Source: Chrysemys picta bellii (lineage: Eukaryota). Taken from it: 64,000 bases of DNA. A program made the position numbers and the translations under genes. Every line of letters starts with the position of its first letter. The first letter of the stretch is position 1. Positions 25,804-38,446 of this stretch are shown piece by piece. The stretch lies in assembly GCF_011386835.1 (NCBI RefSeq), contig NC_088791.1:207328001-207392000 (forward strand), given 5' to 3'. The notes beneath the pieces were generated by a model that was not told the DNA's origin, did no database searches, and worked only from the letters and a program-made list of their open reading frames with translations.

Positions 25804-27539
25804 ATGGGGTATTTGCAAACTCTTCATTTTGACCATTTGTTGCTTGTGGTATATGTTTAGTCATGTGGTACTGTATCTGCCATTCTGATTAGTGAATAAA
25901 AAGATATGAACAAGATAAAACCAAAATGCTGTTCAGAACTCAAAAATATTCACAAAGATTGGTTTTGGTGGGTTTTTTTGTTTGTTTGTCTTGTAGAATT
26001 CAACCAGCCGCAACTTAGAGTTAGAAAAAAATCATTTATATATTAAAATGAGTATGTTTGATCTTTCAATCACTGATACTGTAAACATGGAACTCAAATG
26101 CCATTTTTGCTGTCACTTTTTAAGAGTAGAACTGAACTTCAAAGCTCAAATATAATCAAACAATAAAAATAGATTCTACATAATATTTTGTGAAATATGA
26201 GTTTGTCAGAGAAATTGGACAATGTAAAATGATTGGTAATGAGTCAGTGGAATAATTTAGTGGGCAATGCTAATTAAAAGATAAAAATATACGACATACG
26301 AGTTCAAATGCTTAAGTTTTGGGAAAACAAGTGATGAAAGGGTGGAGAAAAATCAGAAAGGTGGGATCAAGATAAACCAAAGGCACAGTTGGCCATGCTG
26401 GGCCAGATGCCCTTTGCCTGCTCAAAATTGTATGGAGAATTAATGTATAATGTCTGCTCTCATGCTTTTCAAATTCCAAGAAGGAGAATCAGGTACCACC
26501 TTGTTGTGTTATTGCACCAGTGATAAGAATAAATGAATTTGAACTGAATTTTTTTCTGTCGCTTAGCTAAACTAGGAGAGGTTTGACAGTAAAACCTCAT
26601 TGGTATGGATATCTCTTGGCCTTCTTCCAATGCTTATGTTTAAGCATTGTTGGGATTAATAATAAATTTCTTATACAACAGTCTTTTTACATCTTGATTT
26701 ACTGAACTGAGTGCAGGAGGTAAATTTTAATGCCAAATAACAAAGGAACTACTTGAAAGAGATACCACATTACTTACATTTTTACAAATTGTTATTGACT
26801 AGAATGTTGGGTTAGATCAACCTTTTTTCCTGCTGGCGTATCACGGCTATGCACAGAGAATCAGATCTGATGGTACATGCTGGTTGTGTCCAAGTAAAGA
26901 GATGGCATGTAATTACTAGACTTATACTATCATATCTAACATTCATAAACTTTGTTTTCGTTAAATATCTTTCATGGACATCATAGATCTTAGGCTATGT
27001 AGAACAGTGACTGTTTCTGAGGAGTCAGGGAATTCAGACATTATGCAGTCACCTTTCACATTTACCTAATCATCAGAAAAACCTGTGATTTTTTTTTCCC
27101 CACAGAACCAAAGAGCATTAAAATGTTGTATAATCTATAACTATTAAACTACTAAGGTTGCCCATGTTAGCTGCAACATTAACATGGTTCAAAAGAAAAT
27201 GTAGCTTACTTGATTTTCTGTTCCTTGTCCGACCTAATGAAGGTCACTCAGTCAGACTGTACAGTACTTGCAGTTACACTGAAGAAGAATTACCTAAGAG
27301 AAATTTGTGTGAATGAAAAAAACAATTACCATATGAAACCTTGTCTCTTTCTCATTGGTATGCAAGTTTGATAGGAAACTTTGGAGCTGAATATAATGCT
27401 CTAATTAGTCTCCAGAGGACTCACATGGACAGTTGACTGCTCATTAGTCTGTCAACTTCCTTTGAAATTGATTGTTTTTTTTCAATTGCATACTTTCTAG
27501 TATGGAAACAGAAATGATCTATGTTAATATATTTTCCAG

Positions 27540-27721
27540 ATATTGCAACTGCCTATCCCGATAAGAAGTCAATCTTAATGTACGTGACATCACTCTTCCA
27601 AGTTCTACCCCAGCATGTCACCATTGAAGCCATCCAGGAAGTGGAAACATTGCCACGGCAATCAAAGGTCACTAGAGAAGAACACATACAATTACGTCAT
27701 CAACAACGCTTCTCTGAACAG
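27540..27721 (+). CDS. DMD: Dystrophin exon 8 orthologue (end of CH2 actin-binding domain, start of hinge 1)
   Basis: Flanked by attttccag| and |gtgagg. Length is 182 bp, as I recall for human DMD exon 8. Translates (D)[60 protein letters not shown], matching dystrophin [35 protein letters not shown]; the tail is dystrophin-like, not utrophin-like. Starts in phase 1, ends in phase 0. Confidence 0.96.
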
Positions 27722-27726
27722 GTGAG

Positions 27727-28563
27727 GGTCACACTTCATGGCAACTGCACTTGTCAGCAAAGCACCCATGCTCAGGCTTCCAGCTCCCCAGCTGTTGCTT
27801 CTCTTGGGTGAAGACCTGCATATCTCTCTCCCTTCTGACCAGGGTATTTCCAGGCTGTACTGTTCTGTGCCTTCACTGTATGTTTCCCAACAAAGGCAGT
27901 CTGTCTAAACACACCTGCTTGCTTTCTCTTCAGAGACTGGTAACAGCATGACTGCTACAGATATAAGTTACTACTCAGAGTTTTCTAAGCAAGTCCACTT
28001 TATTTTTAAGGTAAAAAGCATTACAGAGAACATATATTAAAAACAAAAAATGAACCTATATACATGCTAATAAAACTTACCAAACATCACCCCAACTCTA
28101 ACATGGGATCTGGCATTATGAGTCCTTCAACTCCTCACCATAGGAGAGTCCTTGTGAACTTAAAATTTCTTCACAGCTTTAGCTCAGAACAAGCACCCCC
28201 ATGACAAGTTTAGTCTACCCTTTTATCTGGAGTTTCCAGAAGCAGTTTGCTAATGTACAAACAGTCTCTCTCTTCAGGGCATATCTTCAAAAGGTTGGGT
28301 TTGGAGGGGGAGAATTTGAATTCCCCTCACCTCAAAGTATTTCCTAAGGAAATACACTTGACTCACTTCCTAAAAGGCCTTTGTATTTCCTTGTATCTTC
28401 CAGAGATTGCATTTATCTTGTCTTCCTGCTAAAGAAGTTCCATACAATCTCTCAATAGTGTATACACATTTCAGTTTGTAATACCAGAACTGCAAAAATG
28501 CTACCCTTAATTCAGTAAGGTCTGTCCAGGATATTACAGGATATTGTTTGTCTGTCTGTCAGA
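27727..28563 (-). mobile_element. Solo LTR (same broad family as 2811-3595 and 40365 onward), antisense, in DMD intron 8
   Basis: Left end GGTCACACTTCATGGCAACTGCAC aligns with TGTCACAGTTTCAGGGTAACTGCAT at 40365. Right end reverse-complements to TCTGACAGA, compared with TGTGACAGA at 2811. No clean TSD. Confidence 0.6.
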
Positions 28564-29507
28564 GTTCTTTCACGTTTCTGCTCACAGCATGATAGTTTTA
28601 AGATATGTTTCAAGAGGGCCAGGGAGAGAAAGAGAGAATCTTCAGGCATATCTGTAACTTCAGTGAACAAATTTATCAAATAGAAATGTCTGCATGAACT
28701 TTATTTTGTATTGCTTTGCATGCAGTATTGGGCTGTTTTAAAGTAAAAAATCAGCAGATTTTTGCTTTGTATTTCTACTTTATAATATCAGATATATTCT
28801 CTTCAAAAGCATGTCATAAATATTTTGGGTTTTGAGAAGGAGCAGAATAAAGGGTAAGGGTGTTGCAAATGTTATTAAATAACAAGTATGGTTGTTTCTT
28901 TTTTTTTTTTTTAAAATGCGGGACCATTCTAACATATCAATAATCTAAACGATGGTCTGTTGAAATAAAAATGCTGTTTATATGAAGTAACATAGACATA
29001 AGACATGGAATAACTGTTGTCTATTCTGTTTATTAAATGTGTTTTCATTGGTTGATGTTTAATTTAAACTGACTAGTGTTTGAGCTCAGCTGTGCTCATC
29101 TACAGTTTGCCCTTTTAGATCACCAAAGTCACACAGGCACTTTCTCTTGTGCTTGTTACCTCAGTTTTGCTTCTGAATCTGAATCTCTGCTGAAGTGGTT
29201 GGAGACTTAGACCTAATTTACTCACTCCATTGAGTTAACTCTGTGTCTTGCTTATGGGAGACTCAGTCCCATTCATGGTAGTTGACCTGATGAATGCTGG
29301 CTTCATTTATTCAAGACTTACTACCAGGCTACTTGTTTTCAGCTTTAGCTGGATTATAGAGAAAGATCTTTCACTTAGTACTGGCATTATGCCTGGCAGC
29401 TCAAGCAGGAGTCCTTCTGACTTTCGTGATGGGATGTCAGACTAAATGAAAACACCTCCCTACTTTCTGCCTAATTTTGACTGCTGCATGTTAACGCTAT
29501 CTCTAAG

Positions 29508-29629
29508 ATTAACTGCTGGTGCCCTCTCTTGTTTCCCTTCTTTTGTTCTTGAAAACAATACTTTACTCCTGTACTCTACATGTTTATCAATGTATGTCTG
29601 CTTTTTTCCCCTTAATTTCTTCTTCTTAG
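29508..29629 (+). promoter_or_regulatory. Extended 3' splice region of exon 9: 120-nt AG-exclusion zone with candidate distant branch point and polypyrimidine tract
   Basis: No AG between 29506-29507 and the acceptor AG at 29628-29629. GATTAAC (29507-29513) is followed by a pyrimidine tract (about 29520-29550). Confidence 0.55.
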
Positions 29630-29764
29630 ATCACAGTCAGTGTAGCACAAGGTCACGTGCACACCCCTTCACCACCTCCTAAACCTCGCTTCAAAAGCTA
29701 TGCGTACACACAAGCTGCTTATGTCATGTCCCCTGACCAAAAAGGGAGGCAGTTCCCTCCACAG
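29630..29764 (+). CDS. DMD: Dystrophin exon 9 orthologue (hinge 1; in-frame cassette)
   Basis: Flanked by ttcttcttag| and |gtctgt. 135 bp, phase 0-0. Translates ITVSVAQGHVHTPSPPPKPRFKSYAYTQAAYVMSPDQKGRQFPPQ, which contains the dystrophin motif PKPRFKSYAYTQAAYV. It is in frame after exon 8. Not captured by the ORF track. Confidence 0.95.
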
Positions 29765-31799
29765 GTCTGTCAACATTACTGTTTATTGTGAAAATTATTC
29801 TAATCTGCCTGTGCTTGCTGTGAAATTGTGTGTGTACTTTGCTTTTTCCTATCTCAGTGATCTACCTTTTTCAATTTTGTTAGGTTCTGTCAAGTGGTGC
29901 CTTTTTGCTGAACACTTCAATCTGACTGGCAAAAATGTGTCATGCTATTTTTTAAATGTTAAGCAACGTTCAAATACTGACATGCTGTTAGAAATTGTCT
30001 TTTTTTTCTGTTGTACTTGGTTTTAGAAATGTTAAAAAGAATTTTTATTTTAAAACTCAACTCCAATTTAAATGTAAGCGGTATCAGACACACTTGACAG
30101 TCAACGTTTTTGAAGGTAGTTTGTTTCTAGAAAAGCAGATATTTTCAATTTTTTTCTGTGTTCATTAAAGAAAATGTTGCATAATGATTTTCAGTGAGCT
30201 CAGGTAGTTGAGGGGAGAGGACAGGGAAAATATTCACTGTGAATGTTCTTTATATGACCTGATTTAACTTAGATAATAAAATATTATAGATATACCATAG
30301 TTTTAAATATCCCACAAACAGATTCCCTCCAAAGTCAAGATCAGAGACTATGCACCTCCTTGAATTTATTCAGTGCAACTCAGTGCAGTGAGAAAAATAG
30401 GTTAGGAATCCTCTTACTAGGTATTTTCAGATTTCTCATTATTACATAGTTCAAAAAGTCTAAGAACTGTAGTGTCATGTAGATTGTAATAAAATGTATA
30501 ATGTGGTATGATTGCCTTGAATTTCTTTTGGGGAAAAAAAACTGCATCTATTTGGCCCAGCATAGCAATTTGAGTTCTGTAGTGGGGGAGTCAGTCATTC
30601 TGTCTAAGTTGTAACAATATATTTGAAAAAAACATTTTTAATTCAACGCCCTGTTTGAGTCTTCTGTTATGGTGTCAGATACTTTGCTGAACAATGACAT
30701 CATTTTTGGAGCCCATGAAGAAAATCCTTTACAAATTTCCACACACCTTTGCTGAAGACGTAACATCAATCATGCTACTGTAATGATTAATAAAACAGTT
30801 AAAGTGTTTAATGTTGACACAGTTAATTTCTTTTACTGAAATATTAAACTAATACTATAACAGGATAGAAACGGATGATGTAACTTGACTTTTCATAATC
30901 ATAGCCACCATTCGATATTTTTTTAACCTATAGAACAATACAATGGAAGTTATATGTACACAAAATAATTCACAAAAATATCTGAGTAACAAAAGAACCT
31001 ATTTGCATCATTCAATCCTTGTTCCTATGTTCCAGTCCTCAGAAAAGATCAAAAGTTATAAATCTGGGATTTATATCTTCTGTGTGTTCAGCATGATGAT
31101 AATTACTTTATTTGGATTCTATTATAGTAGGGACTGTACAAACATTGCTAATTGCTTGTCCCTGTACCCCCAAAGAGCTTACAGTATAATAGTTGAGACA
31201 TAACAGGTGGATGAGACAAACAGGATGCACCCATCATGCTGATCAGTGCAATTCTTAGCCAGTTAGTAGTAACGATTACAACTTACCACCTGTTTAGCCA
31301 TTATTAGAGAACAACACTCCTTTGGCAGGTACTCTTACTGATAAAGAAAATGACCAAGTTTCCAGTTAGCTGTTAACCTCTCATCTTTGAATCGACGTGT
31401 CAAGGTTTAAGATGAAGAATTTTACTTCCTAATCCAGGAAACAGCCCGCAGTGAAAATTGATGCTATATATGTATGAGGGTGAGATATTTTCATAATCCC
31501 ACCTGTCTAAGCCAGTTCATTTATTTTTTCTTTCTTGTAAGCAATAAAGGTTACTTCTGGACTCTCACTGGCTCTCCAAATCTTTTCCAAACTGATTGTG
31601 ATCATAATTTTCAGAATGAAGAAGATAAAGTCTCTAGATTCATTGCTACCATGATGAGCTTCTGATCAAAGCCAGTTAGGTTGAAGAGTCTGTGATAGGC
31701 ACATCAGTGTTAATCCAACTTCTCTTTTTCCATACTACTTTCTTAAATTCCCATCTGGTTAATTTCAGAATAAGATATCTCACTTTGTAGTTTACCCCT

Positions 31800-33365
31800 A
31801 GGAAAACTCAAGAGTCTCTTTCACTTGATCTACCAGTTTCAAAGACCTTCCCAGGTGACTGGCTGGCAAGGTCTTCATCTCCTAGAGATGATGGTTTTCT
31901 GTGTTGATACACAGGCAATCATTCCTCTGACTTCTGCCGTCTTTCATCTTTATAGAACTATAATTACAAGCTCCTGAGTCTACGTTTCACACTAAGAGAC
32001 TCAAAGGAGAGATGTCTTTCATTAAGATAGTGACTATCCAAGAAGAATCTTCCGCAGCACTCTGCTGAAACTGCATCTGATCTAAATTACCTCAGATGCT
32101 AGTGTCTTCATTTGGGGTGTTTGGTGGAGTTCTGATTTAGGGGAAATGGTCCGGTAAGATATCTAGTCAAAGCGTGAATGTGAACTACTTGGAACTCAAA
32201 ACAGTTGCAAATGCAATAAGAACACTTTCCAAATACTTTGAAACATCTTTCTTTAATTCTGTTGTAAAGCCACTACAGGATGACTGTTGCATATGTCAGC
32301 TGCCAAAGGGGGCAAAATATGATCAGAAATAATAAACTTCTGTATTGGCCAGAAAAAAGAAAGTTTGCACTCAAAGCACTTTACCTCAGAATATGGAATG
32401 TGTCTTTCCCGCCTGATGAGCAGACTATGCAAGACCTGCACCCCATTCCCATTAGCAATTATCTTCCTCAGAAGCCCCTCCACTCACTACCATCACAGAA
32501 GTCAATCACTGGCAACAAACAGTGGTGAGTGCAGAGTCTATTTGTCTTTCCCCTCAGCCCAAACAGACTGAACAACAGTCATACTATGTCACACAGCGGA
32601 CCTTTTCCGACCTTCCTCTCCTCCAACCATGTGTTCCAGGAACAGCCAAGATATCTCTGTGGCCACTGGTCTTTGGAAGCCCCTAGAGTTGAGTGGCCCC
32701 CACCGCAGCAGCAATCAGCCTTCTCATATTGGCCACAGACAGCAATATTGGACTTCCTGCTATTTGGACTCGTGCTCACGTCTGTCACTATGGCACTGTC
32801 CCCTGGCTGCCTTACCTCACCTCCCATAATCTGTCACAACTCTTTTCCATCTTTGTCTCTTCCCTTTTGGCCCTTTCCAACCTCTGTTCACTTTTACAGT
32901 CCTTTCCACCCCACTGGCTTGGTCCTCTGATCATTTATCCTCCACACTACTTCTCCTGTTAACCCCACCCCATCCTCTTTAATGTCTTCATTCCTTTCTG
33001 GCTGCAAATCTACCCCGCAAATCTCAGGGTATAAATTCACTATCAGCTTCCAAATCCTTTATCGTTGAATTACTTATAGCAGGATTAAGAAAGGCCTAAT
33101 TGCAAATTGTTTATATGTGCAAGTTTTACATCTCAGTTACCGTTCAGCCGGTACAGACTTCTTACCTGCCTTCCTCTGCAGCTGCATATTTTCTATTCCC
33201 TGAAGGCAGTCTCATTAGTGAAGCTGTCTATGTGGCTTCCCTTAGAAAAATGGGACCTTCAACCTAGTTCTCAGAACTTTGTCAAAGATACTTTTTGAAT
33301 CCCTCTCAAGTTTCTTTGTTTAATCTCTGTCAAAGTCTGCCTTCTTGTTGCATCACTTTAGCTCA
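31800..33365 (+). mobile_element. Degenerate DIRS-type (tyrosine recombinase) retrotransposon fragment: RNase H, methylase-like region, start of YR
   Basis: SDASVFIWG (about 32092, TDAS..GWG-like), VNYLELKTV (about 32177, HIN.LEL.AV-like), MTVAYVSCQRG (32280, T.VAYIN.QGG-like), frameshifted WPRQ..W-like segment (about 32730), TGGGACCTTCAACCTAGTTCTCAGA (WDLNLVLR with 1-nt insertion, about 33251) and LSVKVCLLVA (LS.K.AFL.A-like). Confidence 0.7.
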
Positions 33366-33800
33366 CTGAATATCAGAACAAGGAACATTTTCCATCATAT
33401 AACTTACCCTTCATTTTTTCCAAGCATACTTGTTCTCAGACCAGTTCTAATTTTGTATACAGGCATAACTCTACTTTCCACCTGATTCAGAATAATACTG
33501 GTTTAATTTTGCCAAAAACATCCTATGTAAACCTGCAGGGCCTTAAGATATTGTCTTTACAGGACTCAACTGTAGAGAGATTTCAATTTTTAGAACTCAG
33601 AAGATCCTTCATGAGGGGCAATCATTTTTCTTTGGAAAAGCTTCATTTAGGAAAAAAAAACTTGGCTTTATATTTATTAAAAGAAGATGTGGGAGCACAA
33701 TTTTCAAACATAACTTTAAATAGGATGTCCAACATCTACATTTTGTGTTTAGATTAGTGTTTGTGTATATAAATATGGCTTTGGCAATCTTATTTGAAAA

Positions 33801-34500
33801 TAGAGCTGCCAAAACTTTTGAATCTCTAGTTTCTGGAAAATTTAAAAATTTTCTGTGAACCAGAATTTCTGTAAAATTTTTGTCTCGGAAAAATTGACTC
33901 ATGTTCTTTCTGAAACAAAATATACTCCCTGGTATGCTGGAAGATGCTGACTGAAATTGATATGATTCTTCTCAATTTCACCACTGCTAATCAGTGATGA
34001 ACAGCAGTGAAACTGACAAGAATCATGTCAATTTCAGTCAGCAGCTTCCAGGGTTTGTGGCTTTGGGGTAGCCCTGTCCCTGGGTTGAGGATCCTAGGAT
34101 TTCCAGACTTCTGGGTTAGCTGGCTCCTCAGGCTGCCCAACTCTTGGCAACTGACGGCCCAGGTTGCAGGATCAGATACCCCTGGGAGACAGCTGACCCA
34201 GGAGTCTGGAGCCCACTTCAGTCTGCATGGTGGGGCTGCCCCAGTATTGCAGAGCCAGGAAGACCCTGTTTCTCAGACCTAGGGCAGTCTGTATGACAGG
34301 AATGTCCCAGAGCCATGGACCCTGGAAGCTCCAGTGTCCCCAGCAGCATTCCAGATGAACTGGCAGGAAAGCAGGCAGGATCTATCAGCACATTGCCTTT
34401 AGTTCATCAAAAGTTTATTAAACTTAATACGTTTAATGTTCGATGAATCATCATTTTCCAATGAAAACACTGTTTTGTACAAAAATTCCTGACTAGCTCT
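33801..34500. repeat. Unclassified interspersed repeat with imperfect AGAGCT termini (probable non-autonomous DNA transposon)
   Basis: TAGAGCTGCCAAAA at left and GACTAGCTCTG at right; GC-rich core similar to 14817-15570. Confidence 0.4.
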
Positions 34501-36307
34501 GTTTGAAAGTCCAAATGTGAGATGTGGCTAGTCTGTTAAAAATATCCATGTTTCAAAATTGGACCCGACATATCATACCCATAGTGTCATAAATTCTTGT
34601 TCTTTTGCCAAGGGGTAGGGTTACTTTTGCAGTACCTTTGTATCTTAAGTAAATTGCAGCATTTGAATGCTGGATTATTTTTACCAGTCTATGACTGACA
34701 AGCTTCAGTAGGTTTGAATTAAAGTAATTTGAGTTGTATAATTAAGCATTAATAGCCAAGAAGAAGGACATTTCCTGGTATTTAATGACTTGCGAGAGGA
34801 ATTGAGAACTGTAGCTTTACCTCAGGCCCTCAACCTCACCATTCATTAACTGTCAGGAAATTTCTGACCTTGAGGTCATTAGTGCTATTTTACAAATGAG
34901 ATAAAATATTTCTTCTCAAGTTCTTGTGCTCCCACTGATGTGAATTTTCTTGTATACAGTGTTGGACTTTTCCTAGCAGATAGTAAGTACAATAACTAGC
35001 TCAGAAAACAAAACTTTATTTTGAATGTTATTTAAGATTTATAATACTTAAACTGAATTTACTTAGCTAGGACACATTATTATTAAGAGAATGATGGCTA
35101 GCGTTTTGGAATCTTGTCATAGCAGGCATTTCCACAGTACTTTACCCTCTGCCACCAAATTTATTTAATCTTCCTTGACCGAGATTGCTTCTCACAGACC
35201 TTCACTCCATGCCCCTTTAGCACTCGCATACACAAGAGACACCAGGGTACCGAGCAGTAGTGCAAACTCACTGGCTTTTCAGTGAATTAAGAGAAGAATT
35301 GTCCTTGCTTTGAGGCTGTGATCCAAATACCCTCCTGTTTACTCTGTGGCAGTGTCCCTCAGAGATGTCCTCTTAAATCACAGTAAGGCAAGCAGGATTA
35401 GAATTATAACATTATTTTTTTTATAATATTTCCAAGGCCAAGCATACAATAAATGAACCATGAAATAAAAGTGACTTTTGTGGAAAACGGCATTGCAAAA
35501 AGCTAACTAGAGTGTTCAGTTATTGCTAGCCAAAAGCTGAGCTATGCAGGAAAAAGTAGAGAGACTCCTTAAAACAAGCTGTAATGGACCAGAATCTTTG
35601 GGATTTTACAAGAAATTGGATTAACCAAAACATTGTAGTTTAGCTTTCCCTTCAGGTGTGTATGTGTGCTTTAGTACCATTGATGGATGCAGGAGTTTAA
35701 TTCCATACACTAACCTCATATAGCTTTGCACTTGACCTTACTGAATTCTGAGATACAGTTGTGACTTTTTTCAATTTAATAACATCCATACTACCAGAAC
35801 TTCCAGTATGTAAAAATATAGAAATGAAATACAATCAAGGAATACACAGTAAAGGCCTTGATCCTACCAATGGATCTTCATGGATGGGCATTTAACATCA
35901 ATGTGGATCTCTTTCCGGGACTGGGGCCTAAATCTGTAAAGCTTTGTGTCATTTCAAAGGCTTCCCCTTCCCTTTCCCCTTGCCACCCTTCACATTACAC
36001 TCCTCAATTTCTCCTCTAATATCTGTCTCTCGGTGTCCCTTACTGCGTCCTTCCTCTTTATTGCCACTAAGTTTTTGTATGGAATTGCCAGCAAACTGAA
36101 AAATCCATTATTCACCCAGCTCAAACACAGTCACTCAGCATTATCTCAGCCACTCGGTCGGATCCACAATGGGATCAACAAACCCTCTAAATGTCTGCTT
36201 GACTATTCTAAATGAATGATAATGGACAACCTATCTTTGTCCATCACCAGAAGGAAATCAGCAACTGTCAAGATAAGGCCTAAAGCCCAACTGCCAGGGA
36301 TCAAATA

Positions 36308-36417
36308 AGAGAGACAAGGTGGGTGAGATCATATATTTTATTGGTCCAATGAAAGATATGACCTCCCCCACCTTGTGTCTCTAATATCTTGGGACCTGAA
36401 TGGCTACAACAACTGCA
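36308..36417. mobile_element. Collapsed hairpin remnant of a second Penelope-like subfamily
   Basis: AGAGAGACAAGGTGGGTGAGATCATATATTTTATTGG joined to its imperfect reverse complement, followed by a CTTGGGACC...GGCTACAACAACTGCA terminus; family assignment from a recalled turtle consensus. Confidence 0.55.
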
Positions 36418-38446
36418 TAGAACACGGGATTAAATAAATCAGATGAGACTAAGTAATGTTTAAACACCCCCACTTGAGTGCAAATAGCCCACATGCTGAA
36501 CTGTTCTTCTTTGGCATATTTAAAGCTTGACAAACTTTCTCCTACTGTCAAATTAAATGTCCGTTCCCATAAGAAATACAAGTATAAAAAAACAAATTAT
36601 AAAAGTCATACCTTGTCACAGTGCTGTTCATATTTTCCCCTTGTCCTGCTGCTATGATTTTTGTGTGAAAGAAACTAGATACTATTTATTTTTTGCTAGA
36701 TTTGTTCTGCCAAATTGTAGGCAATTCTCAAATACTTTTGCAATGCAAAGCTTTAAAACACAGTAATGTTTTGGTTCTGGATATTCTGTTCTGAGGATCA
36801 AATTCCTGCTAACCTTGTTCAACTTTCTTATGTGTCTTTGGCAATATTTTTGACGTTTTTTCTTGAGATTCTGGTAAAGTGCTACTGTATACTCTGGCGC
36901 ATCATATTAGAGTTGTCTGCATATAATTTATTATTTAAAATACAGTTGAAGATTTTCAAGTGACTTGGTTAAAAGCGATGCTGGAATGAGGAACATGATA
37001 TAGCTCTTGTCAAGGACCAGACCAAGTTATTATACTGGTTCATAATGAGAGTAATACATATCATTCATAAATTGCAGAAAAGCTCTGAGTCAAATATTCT
37101 GTTTTCTTCTATCATACATCAACTCATAATCTAATGAGGAAATTACCGTATTATTATACTAATAGATGGTTGGCTGTATCACAGAATGCATAAAACGATT
37201 TGTACTTTCTTAACTTGATAGTGATTGATGTCTTAACATTTATCTATTTGAACTTTAGAGATGGAAAAATGTGTAGTTCATTTCCCCTACTACCAATGAA
37301 ATATTTTTCCCTCACATGCTATCGATAGTCAGTTTTTGTCTTTGATTTTTCATAGAGTTAATTAACATGACGTGTTTGCAGCCTTAGTATGATGATTTCA
37401 AGTTTAGTCTTCTAAAATATATTTCAGAATAAATAAATAAAATTAACTATAATTTAAAAGTTAAACAATAATAAAAGAATGAATAAAATACATTCTGTAA
37501 TTGGTTAGCCACAAGTTCTTCCTTTGCTGAGAGTAAAAACGGCCCATTGTAAAGTATAGCTCTGGTGAGTATGAGCAAACATATTCAACACTAAAGGTGA
37601 GAGAGGTTCCAGGGAGAGAGAGAATGTTGATACTTCAAACATTTCTTGCTTCTATTTGTTTTCCCTCCCTCGCGTTATACTGACAGTGGGAACTGCAAGC
37701 CTATATCTCAGTGTTCATGAATTTGAAATACTGTAGATTCCAGATGTAAATTAACAGCAAAAGAATGCATAAAAGAGTAAAACTAAATAAATAAAATACA
37801 GTATTAAAGCTACTTATGTACAGATGTCTCTCCGAAAGGTAAGCTGGGTGACCTGTTGTAAATGGGTGTGGTATACCAGAAGCTGAATGTCGAAACCAAA
37901 TGAGGAAGATACACACTTTATTTTATTGTACAAGGAAGCATTTTACAGACTAACTACAGTAGCAGAATTACTTGATTATGCCTGTATTCAAAATGTCCAG
38001 TCAAATAAATCAAATTAAGTACTTTTTTAGACTTTCAGAATTGAAACTATAAAGAGGAATTGCTTATGACAATATGTGTGTTGGGCGGGGGAGTTGCATT
38101 AAGTTTACTAGACAGAATGCTAATTCAAAAATATACTACTGAGTTGAGCCTTTTATTCTTCCTTATGATACATGTTCCCTGACAAATTAAGATGGGTTCT
38201 CCTTTGCTACATGTCACAAAGGACTTAAAGACTAGCTTGAATCCATTACCATCAAGTATCCCTCCTTTTCACTTTTATGCAACTATAAAAACAAAAATGG
38301 GACTTAAGCAAGCAGTTCACTTGCAAGAATGGTCCAACAGTAATATTTCATGTTCAACCCAACTTGGCAGTAGATCTTATCCTTTTCTCCATCCCTTATA
38401 AAGTAAGAGACCCAAAACAGTACCTAAATCTAGACTTCCTGCATTG

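Noticed and set aside
27521-27811. 96-aa ORF as a standalone gene or extended exon
   Set aside because: It is exon 8 read through its splice sites; the C-terminal VRVTLHG... part is antisense LTR sequence.
27540-29764. Utrophin (UTRN) or DRP2 identity
   Set aside because: KVTREEH...SEQ|ITVS...PKPRFKSYAYTQAAYV is dystrophin-specific; utrophin diverges after EVETLPR and DRP2 lacks this region.
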